From: Thermoplasmata archaeon
GTDB lineage: Archaea; Thermoplasmatota; Thermoplasmata; Lutacidiplasmatales; UBA184
Reading direction: 5' to 3'
Assembly (NCBI GenBank): GCA_030041735.1
Contig: JASIBA010000027.1
Span: 1-43,904 of the forward strand
Length of the DNA stretch: 43,904 nucleotides
Below, piece by piece: positions 9,048 through 17,118 of the stretch. How positions within the stretch are numbered: position 1 is the stretch's first letter; each line of letters starts with the position of its first letter. The position numbers and the translations under genes are program-made. The notes under the pieces are model-generated. The model made no database searches. It was given only the letters and a program-made list of their open reading frames with translations, and was not told the DNA's origin.

Positions 9048-9803
9048 CTACTGCACCGGTCCCATCTCGAGCGATCGGAACGAGAGCACGGCGAGCCCGA
9101 AGGTGATGGCGGCCAGACCGGCGAGGATCGAGGCGCCGATGAGGTCGGACGGCCCGAACGAGTGCGTGAAGCCGTCCCGGACGGTGTTCGCGGCATAGGT
9201 CAGCGGGTTCGCGTACACGATCGCGCGGAGCACCACGGGAGTCTTGGCGGTCACCGGATAGTAGACCGTCGAGATGAAGATCAGGAAGTACTGCAGCAGC
9301 GACTGGATCGTGAAGTAGAGGTTCGCGGACCGGATCCGGCCGCCGATCGCGATGAGGAGACCCCCGAAGCACAGGCTGCCGAGCGCGATCGTGCCGAGGA
9401 TGACGAACCCCTCGAACGGGGAGAGCGGGGTGAGCCCGATGAGCGGGAGCGCCACCAGCACCATGATCCCCACGCCGACGAGGGAGAACAGCAGCGCCGT
9501 CAGCAGGAGCGCGGCGAGATACTCGGCGCGGAGGAACGGACCCGAGAAGATCTGCTCGACCATCGCCCAGCGGCGGTCGAGCCAGAAGATCCGACCTGCG
9601 AGCACGGCGCCGGTGATCATCTGCGACGCGATCATGCCCGGGACGAGGTAGGCCACGTAGGATCCCGAGGCGCCGACCGACGGGATCAGCTGCGAGAACA
9701 TCGTGCCCAGGATCACGATCAGGAACGCCGGCTGGCCGAACATGACGAGCAGCGTGATCGGGTCGAGCGTCGCGACGAAGTTCCGGGCCACGAGCCGGAG
9801 CAC
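9048..9803 (-). CDS. ABC-2 type transporter permease
   Basis: Six predicted TM helices with ABC-2-like sequence ('FLRAEYLAALLLTALLFSLVGVGIMVLV...ANPLTYAANTVRDG'). The GTG at 9803 lies just downstream of the ATPase stop (9815), so the start is uncertain by a few codons. Confidence 0.75.
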   Translation of the reverse strand: MLRLVARNFVATLDPITLLVMFGQPAFLIVILGTMFSQLIPSVGASGSYVAYLVPGMIASQMITGAVLAGRIFWLDRRWAMVEQIFSGPFLRAEYLAALLLTALLFSLVGVGIMVLVALPLIGLTPLSPFEGFVILGTIALGSLCFGGLLIAIGGRIRSANLYFTIQSLLQYFLIFISTVYYPVTAKTPVVLRAIVYANPLTYAANTVRDGFTHSFGPSDLIGASILAGLAAITFGLAVLSFRSLEMGPVQ

Positions 9804-9814
9804 CGGCGGCAGCT

Positions 9815-10714
9815 TCAGGGCGCCCCCGGCGTGCCGGGACCCTCGGTCGCGTCCTCCGACACGAGGGTCACGAACGCTTCCTCGAGCGTCGTCTCCCGGA
9901 CCGAGATGCGCACGAGGTCCAGGTCCGCCCCGTGGGCCCATCGGGACAGCTCGGCGACCAGGTCCTCGGCGTTGGCAGCGCGGAACGTCAGCACCCCGCG
10001 CGCATCCGACAGGATCGCCAGCGACTCCCCGCGGGCCGCGAGCAGGGCCCCGACCGCCCGGCGCTCCGCCTCCGAGAGCGGGCGCTCGAACTCGGCCTCC
10101 ACCGCGCGCGCGCCCCGGTACCGGCGCTTGATCTCCGACGGGGGCCCCACCGCCCGCAGCCGTCCGGCCTGCAGCACGCCGATCCGGTCGCAGAGCTGGT
10201 CGGCCTCCTGGAGGATGTGGGTGGTGAACACGATCGCGAGGCCGCCCCGGGCCCGCATCGCGAGGTAGTCCAGGATGCGGCGCCGCGTCAGCGCGTCGAG
10301 TCCGACCGTCGGCTCGTCCAGGAAGAGGAGCTCCATGTCGTGCATGAGCTCGCGCGCGACCTGGAAGCGACGCCGCTCGCCGCCCGAGAGCCCCCAGGGC
10401 TTGCGCTTGCGCATCGGCCCGAGCTCGAACAGCTCGAGCATCTCCTCGGCGCGACTCTTCGCGACCTCGCGGGGCACCCCCCACAGGAACGCATAGAGCG
10501 TGAGGTTCGTCTCCACCGAGACGAAATCGAGCGACTCGGACTGGAGGACCACGCCGAGACGGCGGCGCTGCTCGCGGCCGGCGTGCCGCAGCTCGGTGCC
10601 GAACAGGTATCCGCGTCCCTCGGTCGGCGGCAGGAGCGTCGTGAGGACGCGGACGGTCGTCGTCTTGCCGGCCCCGTTGCGGCCGAGCAGTCCGAACACC
10701 TCGCCCGGTCGCAC
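9815..10714 (-). CDS. ABC transporter ATP-binding protein (partner of the ABC-2 permease)
   Basis: Walker A 'GRNGAGKTT', signature 'LSGGERRR', Walker B 'LLFLDEPT'. The first canonical start (GTG 10714) sits only 9 codons before Walker A. The conserved N-terminal strands continue in frame upstream with no ATG, GTG or TTG (see findings). Confidence 0.85.
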   Translation of the reverse strand: MRPGEVFGLLGRNGAGKTTTVRVLTTLLPPTEGRGYLFGTELRHAGREQRRRLGVVLQSESLDFVSVETNLTLYAFLWGVPREVAKSRAEEMLELFELGPMRKRKPWGLSGGERRRFQVARELMHDMELLFLDEPTVGLDALTRRRILDYLAMRARGGLAIVFTTHILQEADQLCDRIGVLQAGRLRAVGPPSEIKRRYRGARAVEAEFERPLSEAERRAVGALLAARGESLAILSDARGVLTFRAANAEDLVAELSRWAHGADLDLVRISVRETTLEEAFVTLVSEDATEGPGTPGAP

Positions 10715-10871
10715 GTCGAACGAGAGGCCCCGGATCGCGAACCGGTCCGCCGTGTAGGCGAAGCCGAGCTCGTCGGCGATGAGTACCGGCGACCGATCGG
10801 ACGTCGCGACCCCCTCCCGAGGGCGCGCGCTGCCGTCGCGAAGATAAGAGCCGTTCCCTCGAGCGGGGCCG

Positions 10872-11831
10872 TCACGGCGGCTCGCCGACGCGCGTGCCCG
10901 CGCGCCCGGCGAGCCCGCGGGCCAGGGAGGGGATGTCGGTGATCACGAGGTACCGGCCGCCGGCCGCGAGAAACTCCAGCCCGGCCGTCACCTTCGGCCC
11001 CATGCTCCCCTCGGCGAACTCGCCCGCGCGCCGGTACCGGCGCAGCTCCGCCGCGTCGACGCGGCCCAGCCAGCGCTGGCGCGGCGTGCCGTACCCCACG
11101 GCCGCTCCCGGAACGTCGGTCACGATCGCGAGGGTGGCCGCCCCGATCTGCGCCGCGACCACGGCGGCCGCTCGGTCCTTGTCGATGACGGCCTCCACGC
11201 CCTCGTAGCGCCCGCCCCCACCCCGCACCACCGGGATCCCCCCTCCCCCGGTGACGACGAACACACAGCTCCGCCCCAGCCGTCCGTCGAGCGCGGCCCG
11301 GACCGCGTCGCCCTCGAGCCACCGCCGGGGCCGGGGGGACGGGACGACCCGCCGCCATCCTCCCCGCGCCGCGTCCTCGCGGAGGGTCCATCCGGCCGTC
11401 CGACGCAGGCGAGCGGCCTCCGCGGCCGAGTAGAACCGGCCGACCGGCTTCGTTGGGTGGCGGAACGCCGGGTCCCGCCGCGCGACCTCCGTGCGGCTCA
11501 CGATCGGGACGACGACGCGCGGGACCCGCGCGGTCCGGAGTGCCGCGCTCAGCTCCTGGGCGATCAGGTAGCCGATCTGGCCCTCCGACTCGGCGTCGAG
11601 CACGTGCATCGGCGGGGGCGGCACCTCCCGCGCCCCCAGCTCCGCCTCGCGGAGGAGGTCCCCGACCTGCGGACCGTTCCCGTGCGTGACGACGAGCTCG
11701 TGGCCCCGCGCGACGATCGCGGCGAGGACGGGGGCGGTCCGGCGCATCTGGCGGGTCGCGTCCGCCCAGGTCCCCGCGTCGTGGGCGCGCTGGATCGCGT
11801 TGCCGCCCAGCGCGACCAGGACGCGCGCCAC
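10872..11831 (-). CDS. arcC: Carbamate kinase
   Basis: 'VLVALGGNAI...VVTHGNGPQVG' and other family-typical blocks, about 319 aa, sitting in an arcA-arcB-arcC context. Confidence 0.9.
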   Translation of the reverse strand: MARVLVALGGNAIQRAHDAGTWADATRQMRRTAPVLAAIVARGHELVVTHGNGPQVGDLLREAELGAREVPPPPMHVLDAESEGQIGYLIAQELSAALRTARVPRVVVPIVSRTEVARRDPAFRHPTKPVGRFYSAAEAARLRRTAGWTLREDAARGGWRRVVPSPRPRRWLEGDAVRAALDGRLGRSCVFVVTGGGGIPVVRGGGGRYEGVEAVIDKDRAAAVVAAQIGAATLAIVTDVPGAAVGYGTPRQRWLGRVDAAELRRYRRAGEFAEGSMGPKVTAGLEFLAAGGRYLVITDIPSLARGLAGRAGTRVGEPP

Positions 11832-11855
11832 CGGATCCGTTCTCCCCCGGGGGCG

Positions 11856-12818
11856 TCAGGGCGCGCGCGGCGGGATCAGCAGCTCGAGGATCGCTTTCTG
11901 GGCGTGGAGACGGTTCTCGGCCTGGTCCCAGATCGCCTGCCGGGTCCCGTCGAGGACCGCGTCGGTTATCTCGAGGCCGCGGTGGGCGGGAAGGTCGTGC
12001 ATCGCGAAGGCGCCGGGCCGGCCGAGGTCGAGGAGCGCGTCGTCGACGGTGAACCCCTGGAAGTCGTGGGTCCTCTTCGCAGCCTCGGCCTCCTCGCCCA
12101 TCGACACCCAGACATCCGTGTAGATCGCATCCGACCCGCGAGCCGCCTGCTTCGGATCGCCCACGATCTCGCTGGTCGCGCCGCTCGCGCGCGTGAACGT
12201 CGCGACCCGGGCGAGGAAGTCGGCGTCCGGACGGTAACCGGCTGGGATCGCCGCCGCGAAGTCGATCCCCAGGATCGCGCTCCCGAGCATCAGCGAGCGG
12301 AGCACGTTGTTCCCGTCCCCGATGAACGCGAGCCGATGGCCCCGGAACTGGCCGGCCCAGCGCTCGCGGAGCGTGAGGAAGTCGGCCGCCGCCTGGCAGG
12401 GATGTTCCCGGTCGTCCAGGGCGTTGATCACCGGGATCGACGCCCACCGCGCGAGCTCCTCCTCGTTCTGCCAACGGAACGCCCGGTAGACCAGCGCGTC
12501 GTAGTAGCGCGACAGCACGCGGGCGGTGTCCGCGATCGTCTCCCCCCGGCCCAGCTGCATCTCGGACGACGAAAGGTAGACCGGGTGCCCGCCGAGGTCC
12601 TCGATCCCGACCTCGAAGGAGCTCCGGGTCCGAGTCGACGGCTTCTCGAAGATCATCGCGACGTCGCGATCCTTCAGCGGGCGGGGGAACTGCCCGGCGC
12701 GCCGCAGCCCCTTCAGCTCCTCGGCCCGCGCGAGGAGGCGCGGAAGGTCGGGAGCCAGGTCGGCGATGGAGAGCAGGTCGCGGTGGGGGGGGTACGCGGG
12801 GGGAGCGGCGGACGCCAT
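11856..12818 (-). CDS. arcB: Ornithine carbamoyltransferase (catabolic by context)
   Basis: 'STRTRSSFE', 'HPCQAAADFLT' and 'DVWVSMGEE' motifs. The usual HCLP motif reads 'HDLPAHRG'. Confidence 0.9.
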   Translation of the reverse strand: MASAAPPAYPPHRDLLSIADLAPDLPRLLARAEELKGLRRAGQFPRPLKDRDVAMIFEKPSTRTRSSFEVGIEDLGGHPVYLSSSEMQLGRGETIADTARVLSRYYDALVYRAFRWQNEEELARWASIPVINALDDREHPCQAAADFLTLRERWAGQFRGHRLAFIGDGNNVLRSLMLGSAILGIDFAAAIPAGYRPDADFLARVATFTRASGATSEIVGDPKQAARGSDAIYTDVWVSMGEEAEAAKRTHDFQGFTVDDALLDLGRPGAFAMHDLPAHRGLEITDAVLDGTRQAIWDQAENRLHAQKAILELLIPPRAP

Positions 12819-12828
12819 CGAACGGTCC

Positions 12829-14133
12829 TCAGCGCCCTGCCCGCTCGATGACGCACGTCATGCAGTGGGCCCCGCCGTAGCCGCCCGTGATCTCGCGCAG
12901 GTTGAGCGGCACCACGTCGATCCCGCGGTCCCGGAGATCGGCCGTGTGCGGGAAGTACCCCCGGCCCTCGCGGAGCTCCTCGCGCTCCTTCCGGACGAGA
13001 GCGAGCAGGGCCCGGTACCGGTGCGGGTCCGCGCGCGCCGCCGTCGCGAGGCCGGCGAGGACCCGGTCGATCTCCTGCTCCACCTCCACCGCGAGGATGC
13101 GGTGGTCCCGGAGGCACAGGAAGTTCGAGGCGTAGCTCATCTGCTCCAGCGTCGAGAGGGGCAGCACCTCAAACCTCTTTTCGGCCAGGAAGTCGAGGAG
13201 CGTCCGTGCGCCCGGCACCCGACGCAGGGGCCCCCCGCCGGTCCGCCGGTACACGTCCACGCGGGCCACGCGCAGCAGGGCCTCGCAGCCGACCACGAGC
13301 CGTTCGCCCGGGACGTTGAGGTACGTGTCGAGGTGCATGTCGATCATCGGATCCGGGTCGTCCCCCGGGATCGCCGGATGCGCGGGCTGGTGGACGACGC
13401 CGACCTCGTCGACCCCGAGCGGTGCCGCGAGCACCTGGCGGACCCCGCTCGCGTTGGTCCGGTCCCCGGTGCCGAGGAGCGCGAACTCGCCGAGCGGCAT
13501 GAAATCGCCGCCCTCGAACGTGCCCGGGCTGCGGACCTCCCCGGCGATCCGAGCGCCCCAGGCCCGGAGGAGGCTGCCGGTCAGGGCGGGCTCCTGGGCG
13601 CGTTGCGGCTTCGACATCCGGCCCAGGACGAAGCCCCCGGGCGTCAGCGCCTGCTGGTCCCGCATGAAGTACAGGTTCGCGAGCGGCGTGTCGAGCACGA
13701 CCTTCGGGAGGATCACGCGCGCGCCGGCGTGCCGCTCGAGACGGACCGAGGGTCGGAGGAGCAGGATGTTGAACAGGGTCTCCGAGTCGAAGCGGTCGAG
13801 GTTGCGCTTCAGCGCGGCTCGCGACCGCTCGACCATGACCTTCGGGCCCGAGTACTGGATCGTCGCGAGGGCGAAGCGGCGCACGCGCTCGACGAGCGCG
13901 GGGTCGCGCGCGGCGACCTCGACCCCGAGCCGCTTCAGGCGCCGGACGGTGATCCCCTCTTCCTCGAGGGCGTGCTCGAGCTCGGCGTGCTCGTGGACGG
14001 CCTCGTCGATGCTGAAGGCGCGCTCGTAGAGGAAGGAGTACGGCTCGGTGAGGCCGAAGAACATCTCGATGCCGGGACGATGGATCAGCACCTCCCGCAG
14101 CCGGTCCCACTCCGCGTGCGCCCGATTCCGCAT
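12829..14133 (-). CDS. arcA: Arginine deiminase
   Basis: N-terminal 'LREVLIHRPGIE', 'GGDFMPLG', and C-terminal 'GGAHCMTCVIER' containing the catalytic-Cys motif. An SD-like GAGGA sits in the 10-nt gap before arcB. Confidence 0.85.
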   Translation of the reverse strand: MRNRAHAEWDRLREVLIHRPGIEMFFGLTEPYSFLYERAFSIDEAVHEHAELEHALEEEGITVRRLKRLGVEVAARDPALVERVRRFALATIQYSGPKVMVERSRAALKRNLDRFDSETLFNILLLRPSVRLERHAGARVILPKVVLDTPLANLYFMRDQQALTPGGFVLGRMSKPQRAQEPALTGSLLRAWGARIAGEVRSPGTFEGGDFMPLGEFALLGTGDRTNASGVRQVLAAPLGVDEVGVVHQPAHPAIPGDDPDPMIDMHLDTYLNVPGERLVVGCEALLRVARVDVYRRTGGGPLRRVPGARTLLDFLAEKRFEVLPLSTLEQMSYASNFLCLRDHRILAVEVEQEIDRVLAGLATAARADPHRYRALLALVRKEREELREGRGYFPHTADLRDRGIDVVPLNLREITGGYGGAHCMTCVIERAGR

Positions 14134-14155
14134 CGCTCCCCTCCGGCCGACGGCG

Positions 14156-15994
14156 TCACTCCGCCGCGGGCACCGCCGGGGGCGGCTCGGCGGCCGGTCC
14201 CGGGTGGGCCGTCGACGCCCCGAGGAAGGTCCGCAGCGCGGAACGGTAGCCCCAGACGAACATCAGCAGGCCGAAGACCGTGAGGGCCACCAGGTCCCAC
14301 GGCAGGTTCAGGATCCCCATCGGCTGCAGGGTGATCGGGTACGTGGGCGGCGTGAGGAAGTTCTCGTACACGAAGAACGGGTCGCCGATGTACGAGATGA
14401 TCCCGATCCCGGCGATGTAGGTCACGATCCACAGGATCCCTTTCGATTCCGCGATCGCGCTCCGGCGGGCCAGGAACGTCAGAAAGTACGCGGGCAGCCC
14501 GACGAACAGGAGGACCGTTCCCAGCAGGGGCATCGCCGCGACGCCCAGCAGCGGGCCGCCGGGCGGCACCACGTAGATCAGGAGCAGCGACGCGACCACG
14601 AGGACGGTCACGATGCTCGCGACCGTGATCGCGCTCTTCAGGGTGCGGAGGGCGGGCGCCGTGAACAGGAAGTAGAGCGGCACCCCGATCAGCATCAGGA
14701 ACACCCCGACGAGGGTCCACGGCCAGGACGCCCAGTAGATCAGCACGGTCGCGAACACGAACGCGATCGGGGTCAGCAGCCACGCGCCGGGCAGCCGGTA
14801 CGGGCGCTCGGCGTGCGGGTCCGTGCGGCGGAGGACCAGCAGCGCGAGGGACGCGGCCCCGTACGGCAGGAGCGTGGTGATCGAGGCGACCAGCGCCACC
14901 TCGGGGAAGCTCGGCAGCGCGATGAGCACGACCCCGGTGAGCACGCTCGCGAAGATCAGCGCCACCGCCGGCGTGCCGAACTTCGGATGGATCCGCGCCA
15001 TGGACTTGAAGAAGAGATTGTCCTTCGCCATCGCGTACGGCATCCGGCCCTGCAGCAGGACCCAGTCGCCGCCGGCGCCGAGGGTCGACAGGATCGCGCC
15101 CACGACCACGATCGTTCCGAGCAGCGCGAGGCCCCAGCCGTCCGCGATGTTGTTGAGGAGCAGCGAGCCGGTGCCGCCCCAGTCGCCCGGGGCGACCCCC
15201 ACCGCGAACCAGCGGATGCCGCCGAGGAACGAGACCGCCACGAGCGCGTAGATCGCCGTCACGATCCCGACGCTGAGGATCGTCGCGCGGGGCAGGGTCC
15301 GCTTGGGGTCCCGCACCTCCTCCGCCGGGATCGAGGCCGCCTCGAACCCCGTGAACGCGAAGAAGCCGAGGCTCATCGCGAACATCACGCCCGTCCAGCC
15401 GAACGGGGAGAACCCGAACATCGTGAAGTTCCCCACCCGAAGGAACAGCAGCCCGATCAGGCCGAAGAGGAGGAGCGGGATCACCTTCGAGAAGGTCGTG
15501 ACGATGGCGAACGCCGAGCCCCACTTGATCCCCGCGATGTTCAGCAGCGTATAGGCCACGAGGAAGGCGAGCGCGATCAGGACCCCGGCGAGGGTCAGCG
15601 TGAGCACGCCCGTGCTGTTGACGAAGGTCAGACCCCCGACGTACGTGCCGAGGTACTCGATGAACACGTCGATGATCGCGGCCGTCCCGATGAACGCGTA
15701 GAGGAAGTAGCCCCAGCCGATCAGGAATCCTCCGAAGTTCCCGAGGGCGCGCCGCGGCAGCGAGTACGGGCCGCCGGTGATCGGGTAGGCCGCGGACAGC
15801 TCCGCGTACGGCAGGGCGAGCAGGATCACGACGATCCCGAGCAGCACGAGGGCGACGATCGCCGCCGGCCCGGCGGTCGAGCCCATCGTCGCGGCGAGTG
15901 CGAAGATCCCCGATCCGATGATCCCGCCCACCGTGATGGAGGTGAGGCCGAGCATCCCGACTTCCCGCTTGAGCTTCGGCTGATCCGCTGGCAT
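14156..15994 (-). CDS. APC-family amino acid permease with extra C-terminal TM helices; candidate arginine/ornithine antiporter by context
   Basis: 'LGLTSITVGGIIGSGIFAL' APC signature and more than 12 TM helices. It is the first gene of the arc operon. Its substrate is inferred only from the neighbourhood. Confidence 0.8.
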   Translation of the reverse strand: MPADQPKLKREVGMLGLTSITVGGIIGSGIFALAATMGSTAGPAAIVALVLLGIVVILLALPYAELSAAYPITGGPYSLPRRALGNFGGFLIGWGYFLYAFIGTAAIIDVFIEYLGTYVGGLTFVNSTGVLTLTLAGVLIALAFLVAYTLLNIAGIKWGSAFAIVTTFSKVIPLLLFGLIGLLFLRVGNFTMFGFSPFGWTGVMFAMSLGFFAFTGFEAASIPAEEVRDPKRTLPRATILSVGIVTAIYALVAVSFLGGIRWFAVGVAPGDWGGTGSLLLNNIADGWGLALLGTIVVVGAILSTLGAGGDWVLLQGRMPYAMAKDNLFFKSMARIHPKFGTPAVALIFASVLTGVVLIALPSFPEVALVASITTLLPYGAASLALLVLRRTDPHAERPYRLPGAWLLTPIAFVFATVLIYWASWPWTLVGVFLMLIGVPLYFLFTAPALRTLKSAITVASIVTVLVVASLLLIYVVPPGGPLLGVAAMPLLGTVLLFVGLPAYFLTFLARRSAIAESKGILWIVTYIAGIGIISYIGDPFFVYENFLTPPTYPITLQPMGILNLPWDLVALTVFGLLMFVWGYRSALRTFLGASTAHPGPAAEPPPAVPAAE

Positions 15995-16040
15995 ACACTA
16001 CCTCGGCACCCCACGCGGCCGGCCAGTACTTGGGTCGGGC

Positions 16041-16056
16041 GTCAAGCCGAGTTGAC
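16041..16056 (-). promoter_or_regulatory. Palindromic operator/UAS GTCAActcggcTTGAC upstream of the arc operon
   Basis: Read on the minus strand: GCGTCAACTCGGCTTGACGC, then 6 nt, then CCCAAGTAC (16034-16026), with the ATG 46 nt after the motif. Four other promoters share this architecture. Confidence 0.55.
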
Positions 16057-16122
16057 GCGGCCGCCGGGCGACCGAGGACGCAACGCCGCAGTCGCAGCGC
16101 CGACTCGCCCCGCTCGCGGGAG

Positions 16123-16707
16123 CTACGCCTGGAGCGGCGCGTCCGCGACCTGCGACTGCGCGGCGAACGCCGCCCGGACCGCCAGGCCGCGGCCGTAGAG
16201 CATGCCGATGCTGACGCCGAAGAGCAGGTCGACCCCGATCAGCACGAGCAGCGTTCCGAGCGGGAGGGTGGTCGGGAAGGTGAACGAGAACAGGTTCGCG
16301 AGCCCGAAGGCCCAGATCTCGACCCCCACCCGGACGAGGAACACGACGAGCGATAGGAGCGGGAGGAGGATCGGCAACCGGTAGTACGTCAGCCCGTCGG
16401 ACCGCTTCTCGAACCGGACCCTTCGACGAACGTGCGGGATCGCGATCCAGGCGGCGGCGACCGGGACCGCCGCGTACGGGGCCAGGAGCGCGAACCCCAC
16501 CGGTCCCCACAGCCCGTAGGCCACGTAGATGGTCGAGGCCGCGAAGAACAGGAACAGCGCGGTCGAGAACGCGCCGTACGCGAAGATCCGCGTGGGCCCA
16601 TACTGGGCGCCCTGCGTGAGCGCGTAGGTCCGCCGGGCCATGACGAAGACGATGATCGCCAGGATCACGAGACCCGAGGTGACCGGCGTGCTGACCGAGC
16701 CCGACAT
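16123..16707 (-). CDS. Hypothetical polytopic membrane protein (possibly DUF1453-like)
   Basis: Five to six hydrophobic helices, a basic loop 'HVRRRVRFEKRSDGLTYYRL', and high GC3. The family assignment is from memory only. Confidence 0.55.
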   Translation of the reverse strand: MSGSVSTPVTSGLVILAIIVFVMARRTYALTQGAQYGPTRIFAYGAFSTALFLFFAASTIYVAYGLWGPVGFALLAPYAAVPVAAAWIAIPHVRRRVRFEKRSDGLTYYRLPILLPLLSLVVFLVRVGVEIWAFGLANLFSFTFPTTLPLGTLLVLIGVDLLFGVSIGMLYGRGLAVRAAFAAQSQVADAPLQA

Positions 16708-16916
16708 CGAGGTTCGGGCGCCCAGTTAGGCCCGACTCAAACCATCTTCGGTCGGGCGATCCTCGTCGCGACACACCGGGCGCCCGCAACGCGGAGCCCA
16801 CTCTAGGTTCCCGCGCCGGGCCTCCCGATCAACGGGCACGATCCCCGACGAAGGGTCCCGCACCGAGGCGCGGCCCTGCGGCAGAATGTCACCCCCGCCC
16901 ACCGCAGGCAATCTCG

Positions 16917-16948
16917 ATTATAATGGGTTAAGGACGAAAACTATATAG
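16917..16948. promoter_or_regulatory. AT-rich island with two TATA-box-like elements (ATTATAAT 16917-16924 and CTATATAG 16941-16948)
   Basis: This is the strongest AT-rich patch in a GC-rich intergenic region. Both elements are near-palindromic and the target transcript is unclear. Confidence 0.45.
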
Positions 16949-17056
16949 AAACGCGTTCGGCCTCGTCCGCGCGTTGCGCGCCCACCTCGGGCGAGGCGAG
17001 GGAAATCTGCGCCTCCCCGTGGGTTCGTCGCGGGTCCCGGACCTCGCGGGGCTGCC

Positions 17057-17072
17057 GTCAAGTCGACTTCAC
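17057..17072 (+). promoter_or_regulatory. Palindromic operator/UAS GTCAAgtcgacTTCAC upstream of the racemase gene
   Basis: Followed by 6 nt, then CCTAAGTAC (17079-17087). The ATG at 17119 lies exactly 46 nt after the motif. Confidence 0.5.
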
Positions 17073-17118
17073 CTCGGCCCTAAGTACCGACGGCCCGGAT
17101 CCATCGACGGGCCTGAGG

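Noticed and set aside
16041-16056. Reading the recurrent TTGAC as a bacterial sigma70 -35 hexamer (TTGACA), which would imply a bacterial genome.
   Set aside because: No -10-like TATAAT occurs at 16-19 nt spacing in any of the five cases. The element is a symmetric GTCAA-N6-TTGAC dyad. Other promoters in the window are classical archaeal TATA boxes 25-30 nt from the start codons.
16039-16058. Interpreting the arc-upstream palindrome as a hairpin terminator of the upstream membrane-protein gene, and likening it to bacterial ARG boxes (TGAAT-N4-ATTCA, which has the same TNAA-N6-TTNA geometry).
   Set aside because: The terminator role is unlikely. The same dyad recurs in front of four other genes at a fixed distance from their starts, and no T-tract follows. 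The ARG-box resemblance is geometric only. The half-site sequence differs and no ArgR-like gene is present, so no homology claim is made.
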